Positions 39,767 through 54,889 of a stretch of DNA of 64,000 nucleotides are shown here, piece by piece; the first letter of the stretch is position 1; every line of letters starts with the position of its first letter. Where the stretch lies: assembly GCA_051294375.1 (NCBI GenBank), contig CM119270.1:4968152-5032151 (forward strand), written 5' to 3'. The notes beneath the pieces are model-generated. The model saw nothing but the letters and a program-made list of their open reading frames with translations, did no database searches and had not been told where the DNA came from. The position numbers and the translations under genes are program-made. Source of the DNA: Paraspadella gotoi (lineage: Eukaryota > Animalia > Chaetognatha).

Positions 39767-42700
39767 TCACTGCATCCCGAAATAGTCACTGTGAGCGCCG
39801 GATTCCGTGGGGGCGTCCTTCTCGAACCGCTTCGCCTCTTCCTGCATGCTCTCCTTTATTTTCAAGATGGCCGCAGATTCTGTTTGATCCTGAAAATATA
39901 TTTTTTTTTTGGGGTGGGAGAAATAATAAAACGTTTATAACACTATTTTCCTTGTAAACTATCCGTCTTCAAGGCTCCACGAGCTCCACTCATTATTTCT
40001 CAATCCGTTCTTCCTTCAACCATAGCGACGTTCGCATATAACGTATTTTGCATTACATTACTTAACATTGCTCCCTTTACAAATTAGTTTCATTTTATCC
40101 GACCCTTATCCGCTACGTTGTTATTGTTGTGCTTACACATTTTTAAAAACACCTTTTTATTTCTCTTACATTTCGCTCTCCTTTTGCCTTTTGACTCATT
40201 ATCACGACGTTCTCCTTATTCTCATTTCACATCCTCCCTCCATCAACTTTCACGATTCGTGCCCCTTCCTCTCCTCCGTCTCCCTTTTTTTAAAGCCCCC
40301 TCCTTTCCTCCCTCTCCCTTTCTAAACACCCCCTTCCCTCCCCCACTGTCCAATAAACTCACATTCATCCCCCCGACGGCTTCCGAGGTCGGGGGTCCTT
40401 GAGCCGAGTAGCCCCCCATCCCGCCGTAGCCCCCGATGCCTCCGTCGCCGCCCCCGCCGCCCCCCGGCCCTCCGTTCGAATCGCCCTGACTGACTGGGGT
40501 GCCGCCGCCGCCGCCGGCGCCGCCGAGCGGCGTACCGGGGCCGCCGTTGTGGGGGGAATGCTTCATACCGTCGATGCCGTCGCCTGAGGAAGTTAAGGGC
40601 ATGTTGTTTTTGATAAAGAAAAAAGATGTGAAGGGGTTATACTGTATGAGGTGTAAACAGTATGAGAGTGGTTGAAGGTGACAGTGTCTGGGTCCCAAGT
40701 AACGACAAATCTCTCACAAAGATGTTTGTTTGCTTATTTTTTAACTTATTTTAATTTTTGTTTCAAAAAAAAAACTTGGTAGTTTTCATTCAGCTGTACG
40801 ATAAATAATTAAATCTCAACAAATTTGCCTCACCATTCATGGGCGGCATGTCTCCGGGCCCCATAGGCATGGGGCCCGGTCCTTCTCCGAGCGGGAACTG
40901 TCCGGGTCCCATGTTGTTCGGCCCCATGGCGCCGCCAGGTCCGCCGCCCGGACCGCCCTTCATCATGCCGTACATGTCGCCGCCCGCTGAGCCGTCTCCG
41001 GGGCTGGGCATGATCGGGGTTCCCGGTCCGGGCCCGCCGGGGGGTCCGTTGTAGGTGCCCGGCGATGAGGTGGAGTAGTTGTTCATGGTATTCATGTTCA
41101 TGGCTTGGGAGGAATTGGGTCCGCCCCACGGGGGTCGTCCGCCGGGCCCGCTCATGCTCATGGGCTGCATGGGGCCGCCGGGGCCCATGGGGCTGCCGTT
41201 GGGCGGGGGGCCGCGCGGGCCCATGGGCGGGCCGTATTGGGGAGAGTTCATGGGGCCGGACATCCGACTATTGGGAGGAGGGCCCATCCGCTGCATGGCC
41301 ATTCCTGGATGACCCGGGCGAGACGCGTCGCCCATGCTGTTGGGGATGAGGGGTTGACCGGGGACGCCGCCGGGTGGACCCTGAGTCACGGGGGGAGGGG
41401 GAGGGGGGCATAGGTTTAATTTGTATTTCCTAATACTTCATTGGTTGTAAAAAATGGTATCTACAAGTATTTTACAGTTTTATTCATTTTTGATAATTTT
41501 GTTGATAATTAAATTGTTTTCGAAATGTTTTTGATACGTACATTGAATTCTACCTGCGAAGGCCCTCGCATTGGAACGGGGCCTCTTGGTCCGCCGGGTC
41601 CGTAACGTGGCGACATGAACGGCTAGGGGCGAAAACGAACGTGGGGTAAACAAATGAACAGCGTGGAATTTCGATATCAGACAATGGAATGCTCAAACCG
41701 ATTTTTTTTAAATTTTATTTAAGTGAAAAATAATGTTTCTGGCATCATAAAAATTATTAAAGGCTTCATTCCTAAAATATTTTACCGGAAAAAATCCCGG
41801 CGGCATCCCGGGTCCTCCCGGCCCGATGCCGTCTTGAGGTCCACCGGGACCCATTTGACCGAGGGGCGTCGGCGCTGGACCCGCGTTCTGTAAGATAAAA
41901 CGAAAATTGCTATTATTGATTAATGCAATTCAAATTGTGTTTTATTAAACATAAAACCGAAAACATTAAAAGAAATAGCGATTATTACGTTAAACCTAAA
42001 CTCTAATCCCATGCTTTTTATGATTAACAAAAAATAAAAAAATAATAATAATTGAATCACAAATTATGAAAACGAAAACATATTTAATTATTTAGGTATA
42101 TGTTTAAGATTGAACAACGAATATTCAGAATTCGGAGGTTAAATTTTAGCAAAGTATTAAATCATACGAGTTTATTTTCTTGATTGTATTTAATTGCTTT
42201 TATGTCATTTTAATTTTATTTTACATTCATTTTGAATTAAATATTTCTACAAACATACTGAGCGTAAACGTCGGATAATTTTTAAACAAATTTTATAAAA
42301 TCAGTCTCCTTTGCGATCGATAGTCGCGTAAAAGCTTTTTGAATATGAAATAAAAAGGTTTTAAATTTTTTTAAAAAAATTTTTCTTTAAAACAAAAATT
42401 CAACGGATTGCGAATGTCCTATATGTTTCTTATTGCGCTTCCAACCTCGTTCAACATTTGTTTCTTATTCAACCAATTTTTTTTTTCCGATATATTTTTT
42501 CAGTTTGACAAAAACTTTCTTTTTCACTGTCCTTGCCCTATAGTTTTGATCCAGCATTATTTTTCTCACTCCAGCATTATTCCATCACACCTCAACATTG
42601 TTCTTCACTCTCAAACTTCGCCCTCAACCGATTCCCTTACGACGTTGCCAAAACGATCCAAAACGTTCTTGTATTCAGCGTTAGTCTAATTCCTTCGACG

Positions 42701-43396
42701 TTTGCATATCGCCGGCGATTAGCCTTCCGTTCAAATTTACATTCGAACTCGCACATTCTTCTCCGACGCCTCTTCTCTCCCTCTTTCTTTCTCACACTTC
42801 CTGCCCCCACAACCAAATTGCGCCCTTCAGTCCCCACTACCCACATTGCTCCTTTGTTTTCCCCGAAAAATTTAGTCCCGCTCATCGGACACTAGGGCGT
42901 GTGACGAGCAGGAAGTGTGGCCAAAAGCCTTGACAAAATCGATCTTTACTCAGGCAAGTCAAAGACCGACACTAGATCGCATCGCTGCAATATTATGTCG
43001 TCAAAATAATCGCAAAGCGGCATTGCTACCGATTCCACAACCAACCTTGACTATCATGGTGGAATAGGTAGATCCATCCATCCAACGGTCCATTTCATTT
43101 TTTTTCCTAATTGCTAAAACCTAATAAAGCAATTTTTGGAGGGCTCGGTTTCTTGGTTGCTTTAATTATATAAATAAATACGCAGTTATTTACTGATTGT
43201 TTTCAATGACATTCCCCAACCCATCGCCGAAAATATAAGCAATAACCCTTTTGGCCTTTCTGACCGTTGATTCGAACCGTCACCCACGGAGTTCGAGCGA
43301 GAGCGATTGTGCTCCCCCCCCTGCCAAAAGAGCAGTCTCTCCCACACAAACAGTAAATTGACAAAAAACACGAGATTAATTTGTTACCAGCTCTCT

Positions 43397-43470
<74 letters not shown>

Positions 43471-43873
43471 CTCAAAAGATAACAACGAAATGATCGCTGG
43501 CCCTGGCTGCTTCTTCCATCTTTCTATCCAGACGCCAACGGCATATTTTTTTCCCCGGCGTGGCGTGGCGACCACCCTCCTCTTTTGATAATCTAACCAC
43601 CGACGCGACGCGAATCAAACCTCCTCCATCAACCACCAATGGAACAGCGCGATGCCGTACAACTACTCCAATATATTTTCTCGATTTTCTTTTCTTTTTT
43701 TTTTTTTAATATTTTTCGAGAACTAAAATTGATTTCCAAGCGAAGCACATTTTGTTTTCAATATGCCGCACACGAAGTCGTTTCTACGACGCGCAAGACG
43801 CGCGCAAATCGCACGCATCGACGAGCGCAAATCGCACGCAACTCCCCTCTCTCTCTCCTCTCTCTCTCTTCTC

Positions 43874-43924
<51 letters not shown>

Positions 43925-44035
43925 GCGAAACACGGCGCGCGAGAAACGAGCGCGCCAAACCTCGCCTCGACCTCGTTCCTTCTCTCTCTCTCTCTCTCTC
44001 TTCTCTCTTCTCTCTCTCTCTCTCTCTTCCTCTCT

Positions 44036-44071
<36 letters not shown>

Positions 44072-46910
44072 CCACCAACTTTTCTCATTTCCACTTCGAC
44101 GAAAGTCGACCACCCAATTTTCTGCTGAAAATATTCTACTTACCCCCCCCCATCCGATCCCACCACTCATTCCCCACTTTCCCCCCTCCCCTTCCTTTCA
44201 ATATACAGCAGCAGAATGGATCATTGTGACAGCGTCTCCTGCGACAGCGACCGCAGCCTCCGTCGGTCCGCACGTCTCGCTTCGGACGGCGGTTTGCGGA
44301 AGAATTGAACGAGATTATTAAGGTTTCAAAATTGTTTTCATTTTTATTTATAATTGAACAATAACGTCGATTTACGTTTAGGACGCAAAGTATGAAATTT
44401 TTCATGCCATAATTTATTTCATAATATGACAAAACCATGAGGTCGAGGAGTCGCTAGAAAAGCATCAATTTCTGCTTTCTTAGTTGAATAATTAAAAACC
44501 AAAGAAATAAGATACGTTAAAAACGATAATTTTACAGGATTATATTAACTCAGTCTTTAGAAATATATCTAGCTTCTTTTTAACCCTGGCGTGCGGAGAT
44601 TTTCTTTCTCCGACTTTGGCTCTCATGAAGCCGAGAAATGGCACCAGACGCTGAGGCTGCGCCGACGCAACTCGACGACGGCAGCTGCTCCAGCGTTGCC
44701 AGCCGCCGCCGCCGCCGCGTCCCCTGTCGAATTCCTGTCATTGCTCTCGCTCTGATAAACGACATTAGGAATGACGTCGACTGCCTAGCGAGATTGGAGC
44801 TCGATCCCGCTACTCTCCACAAAAAAAACTATTCAATCATAAAATTATTTGTTTTTTGTTTCTTCAAAAGATAAGTGTAGAGTAAGTACAAAACACGATA
44901 ATAACATTTAAACATTATTTAACGCAAAAACACACGAAGGATTGCATCCAAAATTAAAATTAATCAAAGAATAGACTGATTATTATCAATATGAATGATT
45001 ATTGATTTCTCCCTATATATGAAAAATACCATGCCTTTGTCATCAAGCATTTTACACATATAAGAATTTTAACAAAAACTTACATGAGCCATCCCATTAA
45101 CTCCATAGCCAGAGTTGACAAATCCCTTAAAAGAAGAGAAATGAAAAAAATAGAAGGATACATAAAGAGACAGTTAAAGAATTAGACATGCCCTGGTGAA
45201 ATTGGCTTGCAAGGTGGAATCGTTATTGATATGTTTTTCTTTAAACAATTAAGTGGCAATCACCAAAATTTCACGCTGTATATCAATAAATATCCTTTTC
45301 AATGTTTTTTTTTAAAATTTAGTCAAGATCATCTAATCTAGTACTAAACTATCTTCATGATATCAAAACAAAAATTGAATTTTTTCAAGTTTGAAAGCTT
45401 TTTTCATCCCTGTCAGCTGTTGTAAAAAAAAAAGGACCGTTTAAATATTGAGTGCGATTTAGTTTAGGTTTTCCGGGTTCAAAAAGTTGGTTAGTGAAAA
45501 AAAGGTGCCGCATGGTTATTATCATTTAATTACTCCAAAAAGTGCTCGAAGCAAAAAATAAAGTTAACAAACTGCAAAAAAAAAAAATTTCTCCTTGGTC
45601 AAACTTTTCTTTGGAGGAAGAAATTGAGGTAAGAAACTGAAAACTCACATTTTGGTGGCCGCAATTTCTCGACGTTGGAGTCTGGGGCTGGAATTGGCGA
45701 AAGATTCATCAAAACAAATGATGAAAAAAAAAAAATAAAGTAACAAATCGCGTTTAATTAACAAAAGAATATATAACTTTTTTGAATGATTTGCGTAATT
45801 GCCATTCAATTGTTCAAAATTTTTGATAGAAAAGAACCTAGTGGTTTTCCTTGAGCAATGAGCATTTTGAGCCTCTAACATAATTTGCAGTTTTAGAAAA
45901 AAGCTTTAAACGATGATATTCGCAAACTAAACATAGTATCACACTAGAAGATCTATTTTTTGTGTTTGCTACTAAGATACTCACGTAATCGTGAAAGGCT
46001 TTGGCCTCGGAACTGTGCTCACACGTGTCTCTTCTCTCTGGAGCCGCGCAGTAGAGATCCCAAAAAACACTGAAAAAATTTTAAAAATTAAATTAATTAG
46101 GATGAAACATGGATTAACTAAGTGGTAGGTTTTAGACATTTAAAAATGCGTAAAAGACTTATACAGTGACCCCCCAAATTTTTTAAAATTAAATAAATAA
46201 GTCAATACAACTGTTTCCATCATCATTATATGTTATAAAATTGTTTAATGAGTTTCAATTCTGTTACTATTGTTGTTGCATCTTTAAATTTTTAAACATA
46301 TCTGAAGGAATCATATCAGTTATCATATCAGAAGTAAATTCGACTACATAGCCTCTGTTGTCCAATTTTAGGCCTTTAACTATTCTACTGAACTTTTTTT
46401 GGGGGGGGATTGAAATCACTTTTTCTTAAATATATCACATACCCGACCATACTAGTGTCACTATTTACCCCTACACAGTATTTTGATCTATTTAGTATTT
46501 AGTTCTATCTTAAGCATACGTAATGTGTCATGGTTTAAAAGGGTCATTTCAGATAATCTCTTTCGACGTTTGCTATTCCTCGGCCTTCATAGACATTTTC
46601 TCAAATTAACTCGTGACTTCTTGATATGCAAATTAGATTGAAAGCAGGTGGTTGCCTCGCGCCGGTGGTTGGGATGGGATGATTGGAACAAAAAGGTTCG
46701 AGGGTCCACTACGGGAAACAAGAGCTGGAGACGATTGGAAAGGTTAGTGGGAGAAAAGGTGAGAGAGAAAAGGTTGTGACTGTGGATTCTGGCTGATGAC
46801 GTTTTTGTCACGTGGAGACTGGAAAGCAACGTCCTCAATTTGCGTAGGCAGCGCGCGCTGGCGACTGCAGTTGTTTTATTTCTTTTGCTCAAAGGCAGGA
46901 GGAGGAAGAG

Positions 46911-46944
<34 letters not shown>

Positions 46945-47536
46945 TAATGGAGGGACGGGTGTGAGCAGTTCCTTGACGCCATAGAAAGGAGGTTGTGGTG
47001 TGAGCTATGGGTTCTACACTTTTCAACCAAGGGTAGTTTAACCGGGAGAAAAAAAAAAGGAGGGAGGAAAGAAAATTATCTTAGATAAAAAAAAAAGAAA
47101 GGAATGAGAGAAGAAACGACAGGAACCAAAAAATGCAAAAGAAAAAAAAAAGGAAAGAGGATAAAAGAGAAAGAAAATTCTCGTGTGAGAAAATATGGTG
47201 AAAAAGTGAAGGTTGTCACAAGAAAAAGAATATGGGGTGAGATGAAGGAGAGCGAGGGAGGAAGGCGAGGTTTTAAAGAATAAGGAGGAAAGAAGATTGA
47301 TGGGGCGGAGGAGGAGGTGGAGGCTGGGCGAGGCGAAAAAACAATGACGACAACAAAGCGGAGGAGGAGGAAGGTAGGAGGAGGAGGAGGACGGGTCGTC
47401 GAGGTGCTGACAGAGATTCATCGCTGAGGAGGAAGGCAGAAGGGAGGATGGAAAAGGTTATAGCAGGCGTTGATGGTTATAGGAGCGAAAGATGAGGACG
47501 CGAAATGGGGGAGAGATAGAGAGGAGAAAGAGAGAA

Positions 47537-47572
<36 letters not shown>

Positions 47573-48616
47573 AGAGAGAGCAGAGAGAAGAGAGACGCGT
47601 GCATTGAGTTAAAACTGCAACCTTCACCGCGGGAAGGAAGAAGAAAGAAATAGGGAGGAAGAGGAGGAGAAGAGGAAAGGAAGGAGGAAAGGAAAAAAAA
47701 AAGCTAAAAGAAGTTAGATCATTATTTTGTCAAGACGCAGCAAAAGTATGGTAGCGAAAAAAAGGTATGAAGTTGAAAGAGATGGCAGAAAAGTAAGGAG
47801 GACGGATAGGTTTATTCAATTTGACGCATTTTAATGTAGGTATTTTATGTTTTCTTTGGAAACAAAGTCCAGTAAATTTATAAAATTGTACATATCGTGA
47901 ATGAAAACAGAGAAAAATTCTAGGATTTTTAATTTTTATAATTTATAATAAAATAAATGAATATAATAAATAAATAGAAATTCTTAATAATAACTTGAAT
48001 CAATATAAAAATATATTTAGTAGGTCTTCATTGTCAAGAAAAAAGCTAAATTTAGTCATCTCCTTAGTTCTGGTAAATCTCAAAATTTACTTTTTGAAAC
48101 CTCATGTCTGTAAATAAATCAATAATATAAAGAAAAATGAAAAATAAATTTGTATTTCTATTATTTTTTGTTTTTTGGTTTTTTTTACCAAGTTTATTTT
48201 ACTTCAAAATTTATTAGGAATTTGTTAAATTACATAGAAAAAAGATTTTAATAACATTTCAATTGAACAATGTTTATTCAAAGAGCCATAATCGATAAAA
48301 CATTATAATATTCTTTTGTAAAGCCCATTGAATAATTAAGAACTAGGAAGCGAATTCGCAGTGAAACAGAATTCTCGCTGCTCCAGTAAAAAAAAAAAGA
48401 AGAGAAAAAAAAAGCAAAAAAAAAAAAGAGAAAAAAAAGCATTAAAAAAAGAGAGAATGATCCTGCTCCGGGAAAATGGCGAAAAAATTTAAGAAAGGCA
48501 AGAAAGGGATCCCGAGTTTTACTCGGAGCAGGATTCTCTGGAGAAGAGTCAGCCAGGGAGGGCGGGGAAGAGCGAGAAGGGAAGAAGAAGGGAGGGAGGA
48601 GAGAGGAGGTGAGATT

Positions 48617-48651
<35 letters not shown>

Positions 48652-50259
48652 ATGAGGGAGAGACCTAGAAATAAAGCAAAAAGTAAGGGAGAAGATGGAA
48701 AGGAAAAACAAAATCAACTTAGAAGAAGAGAAAGAAGAAAGTACGATGATCATAAAAGAGGAGCAGAGAAACAGGTGGAGGAATCGAAGCTATTAGTCGA
48801 GGGTAGTTACGTAACGTGAGGAACGAAGATGCCTTAAAGGTAATGAAGCTGAAATTACAACGGTCCTCCAGCTCTGTGAAGAGAATATCTTGGATTGGAC
48901 AAAACAAGATTTGGTTAAAAAAAAAGTTTATTCAAAGATTCAAAACTTTCCGCTTAAAACCTCAACTAAATGTGGCGCTCGGTCTCTATTTGCTTTATCC
49001 ATCCTTCCCACCTAACTCTAAAAAAAAAAAATCGGGTTGAGAACAAGTTCATTTTGGCACAGGAGCCGCCCCGGCGATGGTGTGTGTTCAAATTAAGGCA
49101 CACCGTTGCGCATTTGGTTTGGGGGAAAAGTTTTGAAAAGATATATATTTATATATATACACACATCTGTATGTATATTCTAAAAAAATAACTGTGAAAG
49201 CTAAGGTGAGAAAGGCAGAGAGAGGGCGGTAAAACATGAATTTTGTTTTAATTTGGAGGCGAATTCGGGTTGTTGTTGGACGAAGGTGAAATAGTGGGGG
49301 ATGTTTTTTAGGATGAAAAATCCAAAAAATAGTTGTGGAAGCAAGAAAGGGTTTTGAAATGGAAAAAAAGGGTATGATCTTAGGAAATGGATTGATCAAG
49401 TAGACTTGGTACAAAAATAAAGATAATAATCCAGAGCTAAAAAAATTTTTTTGGAAGTGATGAAAGAATTATGAGATAGTAAAATGAAAGTAGGAAAAGA
49501 GTTTTGATATATAAATAAATATATAATACTGTGTTAAGTATAAAAAGCAATTATAAGCTTTATAAGAATAGAGTGAAACGAGGTGGTTGACTTTAGGGAG
49601 AAGAAACCAAAAGGAAAAGTGGTAGCAAGGTGGTTGGAGGATGGGACAGCAACGATGAGAAAAGAAAAAAAAGAGTGAGAAGCCAAAAGTGGCAAAAATG
49701 TGGAGCGAGGAGGGAGGGAGGAAAAAAAGAGAGGGAGGGAGGAGAAAGGAAGAGAGGGAGGGAGGGAGGAGAAAAGAAGAGAGGGAGGGGTGTTACACGG
49801 TTGCTTTTGAGACAGAGGAGAGCAGAAGAGAGAATCCCATTCACAGAATTCTGCTCTGAGAATCGAGAGGAATCCTTCCAACTGGCGCCCACGCGAATCC
49901 CCTCCCGTTCTCCCCGAGCCGAACACTCGAGTTTGCAGCTGATGCTTTCGCTCTCCGTCACGTGACTCGCCGACTTCGCCTCGTGATTGGTCGATCCGAG
50001 TCACGAGAAAACGAGGCGAGCCTCCCATTGGCCAGCAGAGCGGTCGGGGAGGCCGTCCGGCGCCGGGATAAACGGCGGATCCCGACACAAAGATTGCAGG
50101 TTCGACGGAGGGATCCCGTTTTCACTCGGAGCCGAACTTTTGAGGCTTTTCTAAATGTTACCAAGCGCCTCGGCTCAGCAGAAAAAAGAGAGAAGCGTCG
50201 AAGAGAGAGAGAGAGATAGAGGAGGAAGCAGCCGTATGGCGGGAGCGGCGGCTGCGGTA

Positions 50260-50319
<60 letters not shown>

Positions 50320-52271
50320 TGCGCGGCAGGAGCAGCGCCAGTGACAGGAGCGGCGGCGGCGTCTGCCTCCGCCTCAGCGGATGCCAACAAGGACTTGTTT
50401 TGCACGAGAGAGAGGGGAGGGAGACAGGGAGGAAAGGGAAGAGGGAGGAGGAAAGGAGGAGGAGAAGGAAGAGGAAGACGCGAAATCGTCTAGGCAAGGA
50501 GGAAGTTGTAATAGAGAGGGAGAGAGGGGAAGAATGGAGCGATATATGAAGAGGAAGAGGAGTGAAAATAAACAAAATCAAAGAAGAAGAATAGGGATAA
50601 CGAAGTTAAGTTTGGTAGATCACCGGATAGATCGACTACAGGGCTACAGGAATCGTCTCCCAGCTGTGGTATTTTTTTTTTTTGGATTGTCATTTTTTTT
50701 GTCTTTTCTATTATTAGTATTATTTAGTTGATCAACATGACAGAAGAATTGAAACGATGACATGAGAGAGAAAGAGTTCGTTGAATGAATGATTGAGAAG
50801 CTGATGGGACTGAACAGGAGAATAAGTGAATTAATTTAAAGATATGTATGTGTTTTATATAATGATACACTTTATTTTAGTTTAGCTTAGAGAAACCTAC
50901 ATGACAAGTGTTGTTTTGAACAATTTCAACGAATCAAGATGATGAAACTATGTATGACGGTGATAATGATGAGGATTATGACGTAGTTCATTATGATGAG
51001 GATGATAAAGGCGATGATGATGATGATGATGATGATGAGGACAATAAAAAACTAGGAGAGAAAAGAACGATGGTTCGCTATAGGAAGAAGAATAGCGAGA
51101 GGAAGATGAAAAGTAATAAAGAGAAGAAAAAGATAAAGAGGAGTAGAGGAGGAAGATAAGAAAGAAAAGAAAGAGAAGGTCTGAGAATAAAGGAGGGGTG
51201 GGAAGCAGAAAAGGAGGAAGAAGAGGAGGAAAGAAGAAAGGGAGGAAGAAGACGAGGAGGAAAAGAAAAAGGGAAGGAAGAAAAGGAGGAAGAGAAGAAA
51301 GGGGAGGAAGAAGAGGAAGAGAAGAAGAAAGGGGGAGGAAGACAAAGAGGAAAATATGAAAGGGAGAAAGAAGAGGAGGAGGAAAAGAATAAAGGGAGGA
51401 AGAAAAGGAGGAAGAGAAGAAAAGGAAGGAATAAGACGAGGAGGAAGAGAAGAAAAAGAAGGAAGAAGAGGAGGAAAATAAGAAAGGGAGAAATAAGACG
51501 AGAGGAGGAAAAGAATAAAGGGGGAAGAAGAGGAGGAAAAAAGAAGAAAAAGGAGGAGAAGAGGAGGAGAAGAAGGAAAAGGAGTAAGAAGAGGAGAAGG
51601 AGAAAGGGAGAAGTAGAGGAGGAGGAAATGAAAGAGAAGGAAGAAGACTAGGGGAAAAGAAAGAAAGGGAGGAAGAAGACGAGGAAGAGAAGAAAAGGGG
51701 AGGAGAAGACGAGGAAGAGAAGAAAAGGGAGTAAAAGACGAGGATGAAGAGAAGAAAGAAGAGAAGAGACGAGGAAGAAGAGAAGAAAGGGAGGAAGAAG
51801 ACGAGAGGAGGAAAGGAAAAGAGGAAGAGGAGGAAAAAGACGAGGAGAAGAGTAGAAAAGAGAGGAAGAAGACGAGGAGTAAGAGAAGAAGAAGAAGAAA
51901 GGTCAGGAAGAAGACGAGGTAAGAGAAGAAAGGAGAGGAAGAAGACGAGGAAGAAGAGAATAATGGGAGAAGAAGACGAGAGGAAGGAGAGGAAAGAAGA
52001 GGAATGAAGACGAGGAGGAAAGAGAAGAAAGAAGAGGAAGAAGACGAGGAGGAAGAGGAGAAAGGGAAGACAGGAAGAAGACGAGAAGTTATAGAGAGAG
52101 AAGAAAGTTGAGAGGAAGAAGACGAGGAGGAAGAGAAGAAAGGGGAGGAAGAAGACGAGGAGGAAGAGAAGAACGAGGAAGAGACGACGAAGCTTTGAAC
52201 CACGAGAATTTCATTTCGTGGGGGGGGGAGGGACAAAAGAAAAGGAAGAGGATGAAGAAAAAAGAAGGAAA

Positions 52272-52330
<59 letters not shown>

Positions 52331-52520
52331 AATAATGATGATGATAGAAGGAATGATAAAGACGAGGTGTAAAGAGAAAATAGAAGGAAGACTGGGATCT
52401 GGGGAAAAAGGATAATGATGATGACGAAGACGACGACAAAGTTTTTGGGAATAGAGAACGCAAGTGATCATTTCTCTGCCTGGCATAAAAGACGCTTATT
52501 CTTCTTTCTCTCTCTCTCTC

Positions 52521-52577
<57 letters not shown>

Positions 52578-54795
52578 TTCTCTGCCTTTCACACACACAA
52601 ACACACACACAAGCCAGGCCGCTGGAATCGTTCCGATTCGTCCTTTTCGCAAAACGAGTATCTGTCGTTCTCATCGCGTCGTCGTCGTCGTCGTCGTCGT
52701 CGTCTCCCTCTCCCCCCGGGTTTAGTCGTCGTCGTCATGCGATTTCCCGGGTTTTTGTCAGCGCGTGCGGGAGGCGCTTGTAAGGGGAGAAAGAGGCGCT
52801 TGTAAGGGGAGAAAGAGGCGCTTGTAAAGGGGGAAAAGAGGCGCTTGTAAGGGGAGAAAGAGGCGCTTGTAAGGGGAGAAAGAGGAGCTTGTAAAGGGGG
52901 AAAAGAGGGACTTGTAAAGGGGGAAAAGAGGCTCTTTAAGGACAGAGGGAGGCGCTAGTAAGGGGAGAAAGAGCTTCTAAGAAAACACTCACTTTTAAGA
53001 ATGAGAATTGGAGCTTGTAAAATTTGTAATGCTTTTCTTAAAGCGTATTTGTTTTCAAAACCTCTGAAAATTAGTAATTTACTAAATTACTGACAATAGC
53101 TGTTGTAAGGAATGGTGTAGCCCTTTGTTGGGAAATATACATATAATTTGGTTTTATTCATTAACACAATTAAGAAAAATAACTAATGCTGACTGTTCTT
53201 TTCCATTTCATTAAACGAGATTGGGAAAATCAATATAGAACAAAGAATGGTCGATTCTGAATATATATATAGATTGAAGCCAAGCAATTGTTCATGAGAG
53301 AGAAACTTATCACCACCTTAGAGACTAAGGAAATACGATGCAATATTGTTAATAAAAGAAAAAGGTATTTGACAATCATTGTATAAAGACAAGGAGGCTT
53401 TGCATAAACATATTTACGTAACTATTATGTAACTTTCTCATACTTACCACCACCAACTGTGAAGAAATCCTGGAGGTTCTCCTAAAGTGATGTTCTTTTC
53501 CCACCGAATCTGAAGTGAATTATAATAGTTTTTTTTATGAATTTATCATAAATTTATGCCACGGAAATATCTTAATTTTAGCACAAAAAAAACTGAAAAG
53601 TGAGAAAAAATTATAAATAAATCCTTACGCCCCGAATTTTTTTAACACAAGGGAAACAACATCAATATGAATATTACGTAGTAATAAAAATAATCAAAAT
53701 TTTTGACTTTTCCGTTAACCATACATCGTGCATAAATATTGTATGTTTACTAAAGCGTAGTAAAAATTCTAAATTTAACTTTAATTAAAATTCTAAAAGT
53801 GAGGAACTAACAACATTATATTAATGAACATTTAAGTAGGCCATATTTAGACTAGTATTAATCCAATAAATATTAAAATTTTAAAATAGTTTTTTGTATG
53901 ATTTTTTTTCAGATTTGGATTCGTCATGAAAAGTTGATATAAAGAAATATAACTCTTTTTTAAAAATTCTTTCATTAAGTTGGTCAAATATAAAAAAAAC
54001 TTAGATTTTAGGTTGAAAATTAAAATTTTATACATTAAATATAGTTTTTTTTAATTTTTAACCCACTTAATGAAAGAATTTTTAAAAATGATTTATATTT
54101 TCTATTATCAACTTTTGACTAGGAATTCAAATCTACAATCAAAATTAAGAAATTCAATTTTATAAGGATAGTACTATATATAAATATTGCCTACTACGAA
54201 AATTGAAGAACATAAAATATATTTTTTTTTAAATCGATGTTCACTGATGGTATGTTGTTGACATTTGGAATTTTCGTATGTAACTTTCACTACGCTTTAA
54301 TGTATACCAACTAAAATAACTTTCGGAAAAATCATCACTATAAAAATTATTCCAAAACTTTTTAAAGGTTACGCAAGTGGTTACCATCTTTGAAATTTAT
54401 AAAAAGTTATTTGCGTTTTATGATCGCCTTAACATTATTTTTTCAGTAATTGTATTAAACAAATTTGGCTTCTTGCATTTGCGCAGGTACACTAAATCGT
54501 TTTGAACGTATAAAATAAATTTGTACTGGTAAATAAAATGGTAGATGATAAACAACTGGTAAAAACAAAAAAAAATGGGCCTTTTGATAAAGTAACTTGA
54601 AATTAGTCAATGCATGCATACATAAATTTATATAGCTGTATTTATCACTAAAACTTTTACCACTAAAATTAAGTTACCGGCAGCAACTGATACGACTTCT
54701 CGATGATAGAAACTTCGCTCACCTCAGACAGAAACGTCTGCGCTGCTTTTTGGGCTCCAACGTGGAGAAGGTACTCGTAGACGTAAAGCGCCAGT

Positions 54796-54889
<94 letters not shown>

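Noticed and set aside
40399-41413. Plus-strand Gly/Pro-rich ORFs
   Set aside because: They are antisense shadows of the GC-rich Ssdp exons 8-9.
43203-44321. Overlapping ORFs with RERE/SLSL repeats (also at 3070-3588, 39050-39560, 55291-55864, 59204-59512)
   Set aside because: These are translations of (GA)n/(CT)n microsatellites.
51052-52236. 394-aa ORF, the longest in the track
   Set aside because: It is a translation of a polypyrimidine tract (S/F/L/P only) inside an Ssdp intron, with no domain signal.
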